A DNA stretch of 64,000 nt, taken from the NCBI GenBank assembly GCA_965198065.1, contig CBDAON010000004.1, positions 2,560,001-2,624,000 on the forward strand, read 5' to 3'. This DNA is from Longimicrobiales bacterium (GTDB lineage Bacteria > Gemmatimonadota > Gemmatimonadetes > Longimicrobiales > Gaopeijiaceae). A program made the translations under genes and the position numbers. Shown here one piece after another: positions 54,534 through 64,000 of the stretch (the stretch's first letter is position 1; each line of letters starts with the position of its first letter). The notes under the pieces are model-generated. The model worked only from the letters and a program-made list of their open reading frames with translations, made no database searches and was not told where the DNA came from.

Positions 54534-57380
54534 ATGGTGAGGCTTCGAGTCCTGGCTCTCGCTCCGCTCGCCCTCCTCGCCGCGTGTGACGACGGGACCG
54601 GGACGGGGCCGAGGGGTGACGTGCGGGGGAGCGTGATGGTCGAGGGCGTGAGCCTAGTCGGCGTGACCGTGGAGCTGACCGGACCCGAGAACCGGAGCGC
54701 GACGACCGACGGAGCCGGCGGCTACGAGTTCACCGGCGTGCCGACGGGAGCGTACGTCGTCTCGATCCGGAACGTCCCGGCGGACGCGTCGTTCCCCGCG
54801 ACGTCCCGGACGGCTGTCGTCTCGGGGAGTCGAGTCGAGACGGTGAACTTCGTCGGGAACTTCATCCGCACGTCGTCGATCGGTGGAACCGTCCTCGCGG
54901 GGAGCCGGGGGCTCGGGGGTGTGACCGTGCTCCTGACTGGCGACGTGGCTCACTCCGCCATCACCGACGCGAACGGAATCTTCCGGTTCACGGGGCTCCG
55001 TTCGGCCGACTACGTTGTCGAGATCCTGGGATTTCCCGCCTCGGTCACATTCTTCAACACCGCGGCCAGCGTGAGCCTTGCCACCGGGGAGACCCACCTC
55101 GTCACGTTCGCCGGCCAGCCGCAGCTCACCGCGTCCGCGACGATCCGTTCCGTCGTGCGGCGCCTGCCGGACGGAAGCACCGAGGTGGCCGATCCCATGG
55201 ATCTGAAAGGCAGCGTGGAGGTCACCGTCACGGTCGACCGCGGAGAGGACACGCTCGAGTCCCTCGAGTTTCTTCTGGGTGACGTCGTGGTCGGGGCGCA
55301 TTCGTTCCTGATCGGAGGGGCCGCCCCCGTGTCCGCGCCCTTCGACATCGTTTTCCCTCTCGACACGGACGCGTTCGACCCGGAGACCGGAGCGGTCGAG
55401 TACCCGAACGGGCCGCGCCTTCTCCGCGTGCGCCTCGCGACCCTCGAAGGGGGTCCCGACGCATGGCAGACCACCATCCAGGTCCGCCTCCGGAACCAGA
55501 ACACCGTCACGGGCATGGTCACCGCCGAACGGGGTCCGGTTACGGGCCAGGACGGGAACACCTGGCTGGGTGGGGCCGTCACGGTCGTGGCTCGACCCGT
55601 ACTCTACGATCCGTCCGTCTCGATCGCGTCGCTCACGTTCGAGCTCCGGCGGGTCGAGGGCCCCCAGCTCCGGATGCTCGACGTCGAGGGTACGGCTCCG
55701 TTCCAGGGGGTGTTCGGAGGAAGCGGAACCGAGGGGGTGGGGAACGTCGTGGGCTATCAGACGCCGTCGGGAGAGGCGGACCAGGTGCGCGTGCTCGGTG
55801 CTCGGACCCCGGACGGAACTCCACTCACCGGGTTTCCGGTTGTCATCGTCACCGAGCTCCGGGTGGACAACCTGGGTCCAGTTCCGGGGGGCTTCCGCCT
55901 GCCCGAGCAGGGGGCGTCGGCGGACTGCTGCTTGAACAACTGGATCGGCGGCGCGTTCGAGCTCGCGTCGGGCCTGGATGCCGCCTCGGACGGGGGTGTG
56001 GGCGGCGTCTCGTTCTCGATCCACGTGGGTCCGGCCGAGGCCACGGACGCCCAGATCGTGGAGCTCCCCCCGACGACCTCAGGCGCCGAGCTCGACCCCA
56101 CCGACGGGAACTCGGCCTACCGCGCCGTCGCGCGGTTGGGCGATCTCCTCGGGAACACGGCTCTCGTTCCGCTCGCGCCATCGGAGGGAAACCCGATATC
56201 GAACGTCCAAGGGGCCGTTTTCGGCGTGGACACGGGGGCGCCCCAGCTCGCGTTCGGCCCCGGAAGCGTCGCGGATCGCGCCGCGAACCCCGTCGCGGGG
56301 ACATCGTGGCTGCTCGTAGCGACGGAGGAGCTGTCGGGGATCGGTCCGCTCCCCGCGCGAACACGGGTTCTCCGTCGGGCCCCGGGGGTCGAAGGCACGG
56401 CGGCTTGCCCGTTCCCTCAGGTGCTGCCCTGCGCTCCGGCCCGGGACGGGCTCCAGCGGGAGGTGCCGTCCGGGTCGGACGGATACTTCGCGATCGAGAG
56501 CTGGGTTCTGGATCGCGCCGGAAACCGGTCCAACACAGTCTTGCGAACCGTCCTCAGGGACGGCTCGCCCCCGCGCATCCACTCCCTCCAGGTCCCCTCC
56601 GGGCCCGTGGCGGGGTCCGACGCGTCGTTCTCGGCGCAGGTCTCGGACGACATCGACGTGATGAGCGGGACGATCGGCCTCCGCTTCGAGGCGTCTGAAG
56701 AGGACGGAGAGACCCTGACCTTCGCGGCTCCGGGCCGGATCGGGGAACCGTTCTCCGGCGTGCTGACGACGGAAGGGTTCCTGAGCGAGACGTTCCCCGT
56801 CGTGGTGTCGCTCGAGCGCGCGACCGTGGGGACGGAGGAGGACGAGCCCTCCGGCATCCTCCTCCCGCTCGCGGGCGCTCGTGTCACAGTCCTGGACGCG
56901 GTGGGGGGGGTGGCTTCCGCGACGAACGCGCTGCCGGCGCTGGGTGGGGCGGACCCGCAGGGCTTCTCGGTGGCCGTCCGGGGTGAGGCCGGTGGCGTGG
57001 CTGGCTGGGAGGTCGGGGCCGGGGCGGACGATGTCTGCCGAGCGAGCGCCTCGGGCGAGTGCCCCGCGGGGGTACCATCGACCGTCCGCATCACCGCTCG
57101 GGCCCTTGGCCTTGAAGCCGTGTTCGAGCTGCCGTTCCGGCGCGTTCACTTCTACGTCGAGCGCGCCGGCGAACTGGAGTGGATCGGAGCCTCGAGCGCA
57201 CCCACACTGACTGAGGGGACGGGAGAGCGCGGTCGCCTCTGGTCGTGGGACATCGACTGGACGCCGGGCACCGACGCTCCCGAGGGAGCCACGGTCGTGC
57301 GTGCGGCGGGGGTGGACACCGGGGGGAGGGCACTCCTCACGGGCGCGTCGGCGCCGCTGACGGTGCTTGCGGGAAGCTGA
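54534..57380 (+). CDS. large surface lipoprotein with two carboxypeptidase-regulatory-like (Ig/prealbumin) domains and further beta-sandwich modules
   Basis: Lipobox LAAC; two G.V....L.GVTV.LTG.....TD..G...FTG repeats; D..GN motifs. Confidence 0.75.
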   Translation: MVRLRVLALAPLALLAACDDGTGTGPRGDVRGSVMVEGVSLVGVTVELTGPENRSATTDGAGGYEFTGVPTGAYVVSIRNVPADASFPATSRTAVVSGSRVETVNFVGNFIRTSSIGGTVLAGSRGLGGVTVLLTGDVAHSAITDANGIFRFTGLRSADYVVEILGFPASVTFFNTAASVSLATGETHLVTFAGQPQLTASATIRSVVRRLPDGSTEVADPMDLKGSVEVTVTVDRGEDTLESLEFLLGDVVVGAHSFLIGGAAPVSAPFDIVFPLDTDAFDPETGAVEYPNGPRLLRVRLATLEGGPDAWQTTIQVRLRNQNTVTGMVTAERGPVTGQDGNTWLGGAVTVVARPVLYDPSVSIASLTFELRRVEGPQLRMLDVEGTAPFQGVFGGSGTEGVGNVVGYQTPSGEADQVRVLGARTPDGTPLTGFPVVIVTELRVDNLGPVPGGFRLPEQGASADCCLNNWIGGAFELASGLDAASDGGVGGVSFSIHVGPAEATDAQIVELPPTTSGAELDPTDGNSAYRAVARLGDLLGNTALVPLAPSEGNPISNVQGAVFGVDTGAPQLAFGPGSVADRAANPVAGTSWLLVATEELSGIGPLPARTRVLRRAPGVEGTAACPFPQVLPCAPARDGLQREVPSGSDGYFAIESWVLDRAGNRSNTVLRTVLRDGSPPRIHSLQVPSGPVAGSDASFSAQVSDDIDVMSGTIGLRFEASEEDGETLTFAAPGRIGEPFSGVLTTEGFLSETFPVVVSLERATVGTEEDEPSGILLPLAGARVTVLDAVGGVASATNALPALGGADPQGFSVAVRGEAGGVAGWEVGAGADDVCRASASGECPAGVPSTVRITARALGLEAVFELPFRRVHFYVERAGELEWIGASSAPTLTEGTGERGRLWSWDIDWTPGTDAPEGATVVRAAGVDTGGRALLTGASAPLTVLAGS

Positions 57381-57463
57381 TCGTCGCGGCCGTGAGCTGA
57401 CCGTCGTTCAGGGGAGCTGACGACCCGAGCCCGTCGGGAACACTCGACGTGGAGCTCCGAGCG

Positions 57464-58954
57464 TCAGCAGCCCGGGGGGGCCAAGGTCGTGACGAGCCCC
57501 AGCTCCTGATCCACGAGGGGAGCAGAGTAGTCGCCCGAGAAGCAGGCGTCGCAGAAGGGACCGAACTCTTCCACGGCTGCTAGCATCCCCTCGAGGGACA
57601 GGTATCCGAGGGAGGCCACCCCGAGGAACTCCGCGATCTCCTCTACAGAGTGCGTGGCCCCCATGAGCTCCGCGCGGGACGGCATGTCGATTCCGTAGAA
57701 GCAGGGGAAGCGAACCGGGGGGCTCCCGACCCGGAGGTGCACCTCGCGCGCCCCCGCCTCGACCAGGAACTTCACGAGCGAGGTGGACGTCGTGCCCCGG
57801 ACGAGCGAATCGTCCACGACCACGACTCGCCTCCCCGCGACGACCTCCTTCACCGGGTTGTACTTGATGCGGGCGCCGAAGTCTCGGTCCACCTGCGACG
57901 GGCTGATGAACGTCCGGCCCACGTAGTGGTTCCGGAGGAGGCCCAGTTCGTATGGGATTCCGCTCTCTTCGGCGTATCCCAGGGCAGCCGAGTTCGCGGA
58001 GTCCGGGACGGCGACCACGCAGTCGGCCCGAGCCGGATGCTCCCTCGCGAGCTGCCGTCCGAACGCCCGGCGCGCGCGGTCCACGGAGACCCCCCAGATG
58101 TTCGAGTCGGGCCGCGCGAAGTAGACCAGCTCGAAGATGCATGGCGCGACCCTCGGCGCCGCGGGGAGGCTCCGGAGGGACTCGACGCTCGGTCCCTTGA
58201 TCTTCAGAACCTCTCCCGGCCGGATGTCCCGGACGAACTCCGCCGCAATGATGTCGAGGGCGCAGGTTTCGGACGCGACTACGTACGCGTCTCCCTTCCT
58301 CCCGAGGACGAGGGGGCGGTATCCCCGCGGATCGACGGCCGCGTAAATCGTATCGCCCACCGAGATCGCGAGGGAGAACGCGCCCTCGAGCCGGGTGAGG
58401 GCGTCCTCCAGCTGCTCCTCCACCGTCTCGCGCCGGGAGCGCGCGATCAGGTGCACGATGACCTCTGAGTCGGAGGAGGTCTGGAAAAGGGCTCCCTCGG
58501 CGACCAGCTGCTCCCGGAGGGCCTGCGCGTTCGTGAGGTTCCCGTTGTGCGCGATCGTCAGGTCTCCCCGGGCGTAGCGGGTGACGATCGGCTGAGCGTT
58601 CTGCGGGCGGCTTCCCCCGGCCGTCGAGTACCGCACGTGGCCGATCCCCGTGTCTCCCTCGAGGCTCTTGAGATCGCGTGTGGAGAAAGCGTCCGCGACC
58701 AGCCCCTGCCCCTTGAGGACGTGAGCCCGGCCGCTCCCGTCAATCGCGCAGATCCCCGCGGACTCCTGACCCCGGTGCTGGAGCGCGTAGAGACCGAGGA
58801 AGATGAGCTCTGCTGCTCCTTCGAGCCCCGAGATGGCGAACACCCCGCACTCGTGGTGGAGCCCCTCGTCCAGGGACGAAGAGAAGACGTGCAGCGGCAC
58901 CCGCCCGGGCGAACCGCTCCCCTCGGGCGTCATCGCTCCGCGGTTCTCGCTCAT
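57464..58954 (-). CDS. purF: amidophosphoribosyltransferase (propeptide, Fe-S type)
   Basis: ECGV nucleophile, [29 protein letters not shown]; Cys in PCIFE, PCFYGID and CDAC. Confidence 0.97.
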   Translation of the reverse strand: MSENRGAMTPEGSGSPGRVPLHVFSSSLDEGLHHECGVFAISGLEGAAELIFLGLYALQHRGQESAGICAIDGSGRAHVLKGQGLVADAFSTRDLKSLEGDTGIGHVRYSTAGGSRPQNAQPIVTRYARGDLTIAHNGNLTNAQALREQLVAEGALFQTSSDSEVIVHLIARSRRETVEEQLEDALTRLEGAFSLAISVGDTIYAAVDPRGYRPLVLGRKGDAYVVASETCALDIIAAEFVRDIRPGEVLKIKGPSVESLRSLPAAPRVAPCIFELVYFARPDSNIWGVSVDRARRAFGRQLAREHPARADCVVAVPDSANSAALGYAEESGIPYELGLLRNHYVGRTFISPSQVDRDFGARIKYNPVKEVVAGRRVVVVDDSLVRGTTSTSLVKFLVEAGAREVHLRVGSPPVRFPCFYGIDMPSRAELMGATHSVEEIAEFLGVASLGYLSLEGMLAAVEEFGPFCDACFSGDYSAPLVDQELGLVTTLAPPGC

Positions 58955-61218
58955 GGACGGTCACCCTCCATCAGCCTAGGTATCGCCTCGTGGTACGCCC
59001 TAGCGAGCATCTCGACCTCCACCCGGAGGAAGCCCTCTGGCGCCCGGATCGAGAAGATACCCGATCGTGACCCGACCGTGCCCAGGGGCCGGGCGGGCAC
59101 TTCGTGACGGGCAGCCTCCTCCAACATCACATCCACGGATCCCGGAGAGCAGCTCACGACGATCCGTCCCTGGGTCTCCCCGAAGAAGAGGGCCGCGGGG
59201 GCGATCGCGTCGGTCAGCTCGACCTCGACCCCCCGGGGCCCCTCGGGATCGGCTACCGCCGACTCGGCCAGGGCCATGCCGAGCCCGCCCTCCGAGCAGT
59301 CGTGCGCCGAACGGAGGAGGCCCTTCGCGGCTAGGGAGAGGACGGCTCTCTGGAGCCGGCGCTCGTGAGGAAGGTCCACGCGGGGCGGGACGCCCGCCAC
59401 GATCCCCTCCCGCCGGTAGAGGTATTCGGACGCGCCGATCTCTTCCCGCGTCGTGCCCAGGAGGACGATGACGTCGCCCTCCGTCCGGAAGGCGTGCCGG
59501 GTCGCTCGTGATACGTCGTCCAGGACCCCGACCATCCCAATCACCGGCGTCGGGTAGATCGCCTTTCCGCCGGTCTCGTTGTAGAGGGACACGTTCCCCC
59601 CCGTGACCGGCGTTTCGAAGAACGAGCAGGCTTCCGCAATCCCCAGCACGGCCTCCCGTAGCTGGAAGTAGACGGCAGGCCGGAGCGGGCTCCCGAAGTT
59701 CAGGTTGTTCGTGACAGCCAACGGGACGGCCCCCACGCACACCAGGTTCCGGGCCGCCTCGGCGACCGCCGCCTTCGCCCCTTCCCGCGGATCGAGGAAG
59801 CAGTAACGACCGTTTGAGTCCGTGGTCGCCGCCACGCCCCGGCTTGTTCCGCGGATCCGGATCACCCCCGCGTCACCCCCGGGCCGGATGACCGTGCTCG
59901 TCCGGACCGTTGAGTCATACTGCTCGTAGATCCACCTCTGGTCCGCGAGGTTGGGCGACCGCACCAGGTCCAGGAAGCGCTCGGTCAGGTCTCCGCGCGG
60001 CTCCAGGAGGAAGGCCAGGTCGCGCTCGCGGAGCACCTGGACCTCGGTCGACTCCACGCCCTTCCGCTCGTAGGTGGGGCAGCCCTCCGTCAGGGGAAGG
60101 GCTGGCACATCCGCTACCACGCTCCCGTTCTCCCGCACGCGGAGGCGGCCATCGTCCGTCACGATCCCGACTGCGGCCGCCTCGAGCTCCCACTTCTCGA
60201 GGATGCGTGCCACCCCGGCCTCGCTCCCCCGCCGGGCCACGACGAGCATTCGCTCCTGCGACTCGGAGAGCAGGATCTCGTACGGGGTCATCCTCGCCTC
60301 GCGGACCGGGACCCTGGAGACGTCGAGCTCGACCCCGCTCCCGGCGCGCCCGGCCATCTCCGAGGCGGAGGAGGTGAGCCCCGCGGCTCCCATGTCCTGG
60401 ATGCCTACGATGTGCCCGCTCCGGATCAGCTCGAGCGAAGCCTCGAGAAGGAGCTTCTCCGTGAACGGATCCCCGACCTGGACTCGGGGGCGACTCGCTT
60501 CGTCCGAGTCTTCCGAGAGCTGCTCGGAGGCAAACGTGGCCCCGTGGATCCCGTCCCGGCCCGTCCGGGCTCCCACGACCATGAGCACGTTCCCGATGCC
60601 CGACGCCTCCCCTCGGATGATCTCGTCCGTGCGCATGAGGCCGAGGCACATCGCGTTCACGATGGGGTTCGCGTCGTACGCCCGGTCGAAAAACACGTCC
60701 CCCCCGATGTTCGGGATTCCCACGCAGTTCCCGTAGTCGCCGATCCCCTTCACGACTCCCCCGAGGAGGTAGCGGACCCTCACGGAGTCGAGGTCGCCGA
60801 AGCGGAGCGAGTCGAGCACGGCGACCGGCCTCGCGCCCATCGTGAAGATGTCCCGAAGGATCCCGCCGACGCCGGTGGCGGCGCCCTGGTAGGGCTCCAC
60901 CGCCGAGGGATGGTTATGCGACTCGATCTTGAAGGCGAGCGCCCAGTCGTTGCCGATGTCGATCACCCCGGCGTTCTCGCCGGGGCCCTGGATCACCCAC
61001 GGGGCCTCGGTGGGGAGGAGCCTCAGGAGCCGTTTCGAGTTCTTGTACCCGCAGTGCTCGGACCACATCGCCGAGAAGATGCCGAGCTCCGTAAACGTCG
61101 GGTCCCGTCCGAGGATGCCCACGATTTGCTCAAACTCACTCGGCGACAGGCCGTGCTCCTGGACCAGCTCGGGGGTGAGGGGTGGGTCGCCGGGCCGGGC
61201 CGGCGGGGCCGAGATCAT
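58951..61218 (-). CDS. purL: phosphoribosylformylglycinamidine synthase subunit PurL
   Basis: [53 protein letters not shown]. Confidence 0.97.
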   Translation of the reverse strand: MISAPPARPGDPPLTPELVQEHGLSPSEFEQIVGILGRDPTFTELGIFSAMWSEHCGYKNSKRLLRLLPTEAPWVIQGPGENAGVIDIGNDWALAFKIESHNHPSAVEPYQGAATGVGGILRDIFTMGARPVAVLDSLRFGDLDSVRVRYLLGGVVKGIGDYGNCVGIPNIGGDVFFDRAYDANPIVNAMCLGLMRTDEIIRGEASGIGNVLMVVGARTGRDGIHGATFASEQLSEDSDEASRPRVQVGDPFTEKLLLEASLELIRSGHIVGIQDMGAAGLTSSASEMAGRAGSGVELDVSRVPVREARMTPYEILLSESQERMLVVARRGSEAGVARILEKWELEAAAVGIVTDDGRLRVRENGSVVADVPALPLTEGCPTYERKGVESTEVQVLRERDLAFLLEPRGDLTERFLDLVRSPNLADQRWIYEQYDSTVRTSTVIRPGGDAGVIRIRGTSRGVAATTDSNGRYCFLDPREGAKAAVAEAARNLVCVGAVPLAVTNNLNFGSPLRPAVYFQLREAVLGIAEACSFFETPVTGGNVSLYNETGGKAIYPTPVIGMVGVLDDVSRATRHAFRTEGDVIVLLGTTREEIGASEYLYRREGIVAGVPPRVDLPHERRLQRAVLSLAAKGLLRSAHDCSEGGLGMALAESAVADPEGPRGVEVELTDAIAPAALFFGETQGRIVVSCSPGSVDVMLEEAARHEVPARPLGTVGSRSGIFSIRAPEGFLRVEVEMLARAYHEAIPRLMEGDRP

Positions 61219-61916
61219 GCGGCAACCCCGGCGAGGCGGGCTGCCAGCGCCTCGAAAAGGCTCCGCCCGTCGGTCGAGCCCAGGATCTCCTCGACCGCGC
61301 GCTCCGGGTGGGGCATCATCCCGAGCACGTTGCCCTCCGCGTTCACGATCCCCGCGATGTTGCGCTCGGACCCGTTCGGGTTCGAGCCGGGCCCGAGCGC
61401 ACCGTCGGGCCGCACGTAACGGAAGACGACGCGGCCCTCTTCCTCGAGCTCCTCGAGCGTCGCCGTGTCCGCGTAGTAGCTCCCCTCGCCGTGCGCGATG
61501 GGGATGCGGAGGACCTGCCCTTCCCGGTAACGGGAAGTGAAGATCGTCCGTATTGTCTCGACACGGACGTGCACGTCCACGCTCCGGAAGCGGAGGCTCT
61601 CGTTTCGGAGGAGCGCGCCGGGAAGCAGACCCGACTCGCAGAGGATCTGGAAGCCGTTGCAGATTCCCAGGACCGGCCCACCGCCCCGGGCGAAGTCCGA
61701 CACGGCCTTCATCACGGGGGAGAAGCGGGCGATTGCCCCAGCCCTCAGATAATCCCCGTGCGCGAAGCCGCCGGGAAGGAAGACGGCCTCGACGCTTCCC
61801 AGCTCGCGTTCCCGGTGCCACACAAACACGGGGTCTAGCCTGGGGAAGAGCTGGAGGGCCTTGTAGCAGTCGTAGTCGCAGTTCGAGCCGGGGAAGGTGA
61901 CGACGGCGACGCTCAT
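61215..61916 (-). CDS. purQ: FGAM synthase glutaminase subunit PurQ
   Basis: [31 protein letters not shown]. Confidence 0.97.
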   Translation of the reverse strand: MSVAVVTFPGSNCDYDCYKALQLFPRLDPVFVWHRERELGSVEAVFLPGGFAHGDYLRAGAIARFSPVMKAVSDFARGGGPVLGICNGFQILCESGLLPGALLRNESLRFRSVDVHVRVETIRTIFTSRYREGQVLRIPIAHGEGSYYADTATLEELEEEGRVVFRYVRPDGALGPGSNPNGSERNIAGIVNAEGNVLGMMPHPERAVEEILGSTDGRSLFEALAARLAGVAA

Positions 61917-62188
61917 GCGCTCGCCCCACCGACGGGGGTCCCTCCCATGACCGTCACCTGGAAGTCCTCGGTGACCGGGTTCGCGAGGAGCTTCCGGCAC
62001 ATCTCCCGACCGAGCTCGATCGCGGCGTCGGGGCTCTCGGCCCGGAGCTCGATGTCGATCACCTTTCCCACGCGAATTTCCTCGGCCCCGGCGAATCCCA
62101 GCGAGGCCAGCGCGTGCTGGATCGCTTGCCCCTGCGGATCCAGGAGCCCCGGTCGGGGCTTCACACGGACCTCGAGGTGGTAGCGCAT
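61913..62188 (-). CDS. purS: FGAM synthase subunit PurS
   Basis: [26 protein letters not shown] 62188 follows GAGGAG. Confidence 0.95.
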   Translation of the reverse strand: MRYHLEVRVKPRPGLLDPQGQAIQHALASLGFAGAEEIRVGKVIDIELRAESPDAAIELGREMCRKLLANPVTEDFQVTVMGGTPVGGASA

Positions 62189-62208
62189 CGAGGTCGTCTC
62201 CTCGCTTG

Positions 62209-63123
62209 TCACGATGGTCCCGTGGCCTCGTCGGCGTCCTCGTCGTCGGACGTGGGATACCGCTCCGGTGCGATCTCCCGGTAGTCCATCGAGCGGATCT
62301 CGGCTCCGCCCTCGTCCTCCTCGGGCTCGTCCAGGAGCGGGTCCTGCTCGGGGAGGCGCTCGAGCAGCCCGAGCACCGTGCTGCGGGTTACCCCCCAGAG
62401 CGTGTAGGTGCCGAGGAACGGGAAGATGAAGTACTCGGGGATCGTGAGCGCGGCCGACACGCATGCGAGGAGAATGAGCGACGACAGGGCGGCCCGGGTT
62501 CCCCTGACCGAGAGACGCGGGACGAGGGGATAGGGAACGGGGCTCAGCATGAGGAGCGCGAGCACGATCATGAGGATTCCCACGACCTGCGCGGAAGGGA
62601 CCCCGCCTAGGAGGGGCACGACGCCAGGGGCGGTGAAGAAGGGATAGACGGTGGCGAGCACCATCCCGGCCGTCGGGGAGGGGAGTCCGTGGAAGCTCCG
62701 CTTCGCGTGCCCTCCCTGCTCGACGTTGAAACGGGCGAGTCGGATGACCGTCGCAGAGACGTAGATGAACGACATCACCCAGCTCCACTGCTGGTCAACG
62801 AAAAAGAGCTGGAACGTGATGTACGCCGGCGCCACGCCAAAGGAGGTCACGTCCACGAGCGAGTCCAGCTCTGCGCCGAACCGGGAGCCCGTGGCCGTGA
62901 AGCGCGCGATGCGCCCGTCCAGCATGTCCAGGAGGGCCGCGAACACGATGCACCATGCCGCCCACTGGAAGTCGCCTCGGGCGGCCGACACTATCGCGTA
63001 CACGCCGAAGAAGAGGTTCCCGAGCGTGAACGCCGAGGGGAGGATGATGATGCCCCGCTGGAGCGCGGCCCGCCGAACGCTCGGCTCGCGAGCCGAGCGC
63101 AGGCCCCTTCGGTCCGCCGTCAT
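62209..63123 (-). CDS. pssA: CDP-diacylglycerol--serine O-phosphatidyltransferase
   Basis: PSAFTLGNLFFG, DMLDGRIAR....SRFGAELDSLVDVTSFGVAP, RLARFN, F.GLPSP. Confidence 0.92.
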   Translation of the reverse strand: MTADRRGLRSAREPSVRRAALQRGIIILPSAFTLGNLFFGVYAIVSAARGDFQWAAWCIVFAALLDMLDGRIARFTATGSRFGAELDSLVDVTSFGVAPAYITFQLFFVDQQWSWVMSFIYVSATVIRLARFNVEQGGHAKRSFHGLPSPTAGMVLATVYPFFTAPGVVPLLGGVPSAQVVGILMIVLALLMLSPVPYPLVPRLSVRGTRAALSSLILLACVSAALTIPEYFIFPFLGTYTLWGVTRSTVLGLLERLPEQDPLLDEPEEDEGGAEIRSMDYREIAPERYPTSDDEDADEATGPS

Positions 63124-64000
63124 GCTGGGGTCCCCGCCTCCGGGAACGATGGCGGCTCGTAGGCCGAGAGCTCGGATCTCGTGAGGCGCCGGAAGATCTC
63201 CAGGTACCGATCCCGGGAGGCTAGGACGACCTCCGGGGCGAGGTCCGGCGGCGGAGGCGTGCGGTCCCAGTCCGGTAGCGCGTCCAGCCAGTCCCGGATT
63301 GGCTGCTTGTCCAGCGACGGAGGCGTGGCTCCGGGGTGCCATCCCTCCTTCGGCCAGTAGCGGGACGAGTCCGGGGTCATAACCTCGTCGATGAGCAGGA
63401 GGTCGCCCCCCGGAAGCTCGCCGAACTCGAACTTGGTGTCCGCGAGCAGGATCCCCCGAAGTGCGGCGAGGTCCCGCCCGAAGGCGTAGATCCGGTGGGA
63501 GAGCCCCCGCACCCGCTCCGCCGGTTTCTGCCCCAGCCGGATGACGACCTCCGCAAACGTGATGTTCTCGTCGTGACCCTCGGTCGCCTTCGTGGCCGGG
63601 GAGAAGATCGGGGCCGGGAGCTCTTGGCTCTGAACCAGGCCGGCGGGGAGGGCTTCCCCCGCGAGGGTTGCCGAGTCCCTGTACTCCGACCACGCGGAGC
63701 CGGCGAGAAAGCCCCGCACGACACACTCGATCGGCAGTGGCCGGGTCCGGCGCACGAGGAGCGAGCGCCGCGCCCAACTCTCCCTAGGGACGTCGCGGAG
63801 CCCGGGGACGCGCTCCAGGATCTCGTCCGGGCGCGCGGAGACTAGGTGGTGGGGAACGGTCGGCCCGAGCTGCTCCATCCACCAGGCGGTGAGGAGCGTG
63901 AGCACCTCGCCCTTCATCGGAATCGGCTGCCGGAGGATGACGTCGAACGCGGAGACCCGGTCCGACGCCACCATGAGGAGGAGGCCGTCCCCCGCGTCGT
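63120..64000 (-). CDS. purC: SAICAR synthase (5' end lies outside the window)
   Basis: VASDRVSAFD, ECVVRGFLAGS, DTKFEFG, DEVMTPDSSRYW, SLDKQ. Confidence 0.96.
   Translation of the reverse strand, partial: DAGDGLLLMVASDRVSAFDVILRQPIPMKGEVLTLLTAWWMEQLGPTVPHHLVSARPDEILERVPGLRDVPRESWARRSLLVRRTRPLPIECVVRGFLAGSAWSEYRDSATLAGEALPAGLVQSQELPAPIFSPATKATEGHDENITFAEVVIRLGQKPAERVRGLSHRIYAFGRDLAALRGILLADTKFEFGELPGGDLLLIDEVMTPDSSRYWPKEGWHPGATPPSLDKQPIRDWLDALPDWDRTPPPPDLAPEVVLASRDRYLEIFRRLTRSELSAYEPPSFPEAGTPA

Noticed and set aside
1..64000. CRISPR arrays, IS/transposases, integrases, prophage genes, tRNA/rRNA, selenocysteine recoding
   Set aside because: By eye I found no repeat-spacer array, terminal inverted repeats, recombinase motifs, RNA gene signatures or in-frame TGA inside conserved domains; a covariance-model scan was not possible.

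Overview
GC-rich (roughly 70% by eye) bacterial chromosome segment. Gene content and lipoprotein families suggest Gemmatimonadota (inference, no search run). The window is mostly core genome: a dcw cluster (mraZ-rsmH-ftsL-ftsI-murE-murF-mraY-murD-ftsW-murG-murC-ftsQ-ftsA-ftsZ, lacking murB and ddl), then an M23 peptidase, ftsY, recG, asnS, mazG, alr, miaB, comEC, fbp, and a minus-strand purC-pssA-purS-purQ-purL-purF operon. The first ~17 kb is more accessory. It holds (i) a tightly packed four-gene envelope redox operon (di-haem c lipoprotein, Tat-exported Rieske lipoprotein, porin, PQQ-type sugar dehydrogenase lipoprotein) behind a DtxR/MntR-like palindromic operator, which is the best candidate for an undescribed system; (ii) an ECF sigma/zinc anti-sigma/PDZ module next to a stand-alone TonB-plug-like lipoprotein, with two decayed gene remnants nearby; (iii) an orphan Fe3+-type ABC ATPase with its own sigma70 promoter and Fur-like box. 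Fine-scale oddities include a 17-codon mini-ORF bridging alr and the next gene, a probable ACG start for comEC, inverted MraZ boxes, and single-base changes at near-invariant residues (FtsW RRW->RRS, serine hydrolase SxxK->SxxR). I saw no tRNA, rRNA, CRISPR array or IS element. All product calls come from motif recognition, and many starts were adjusted by hand from the ORF track.
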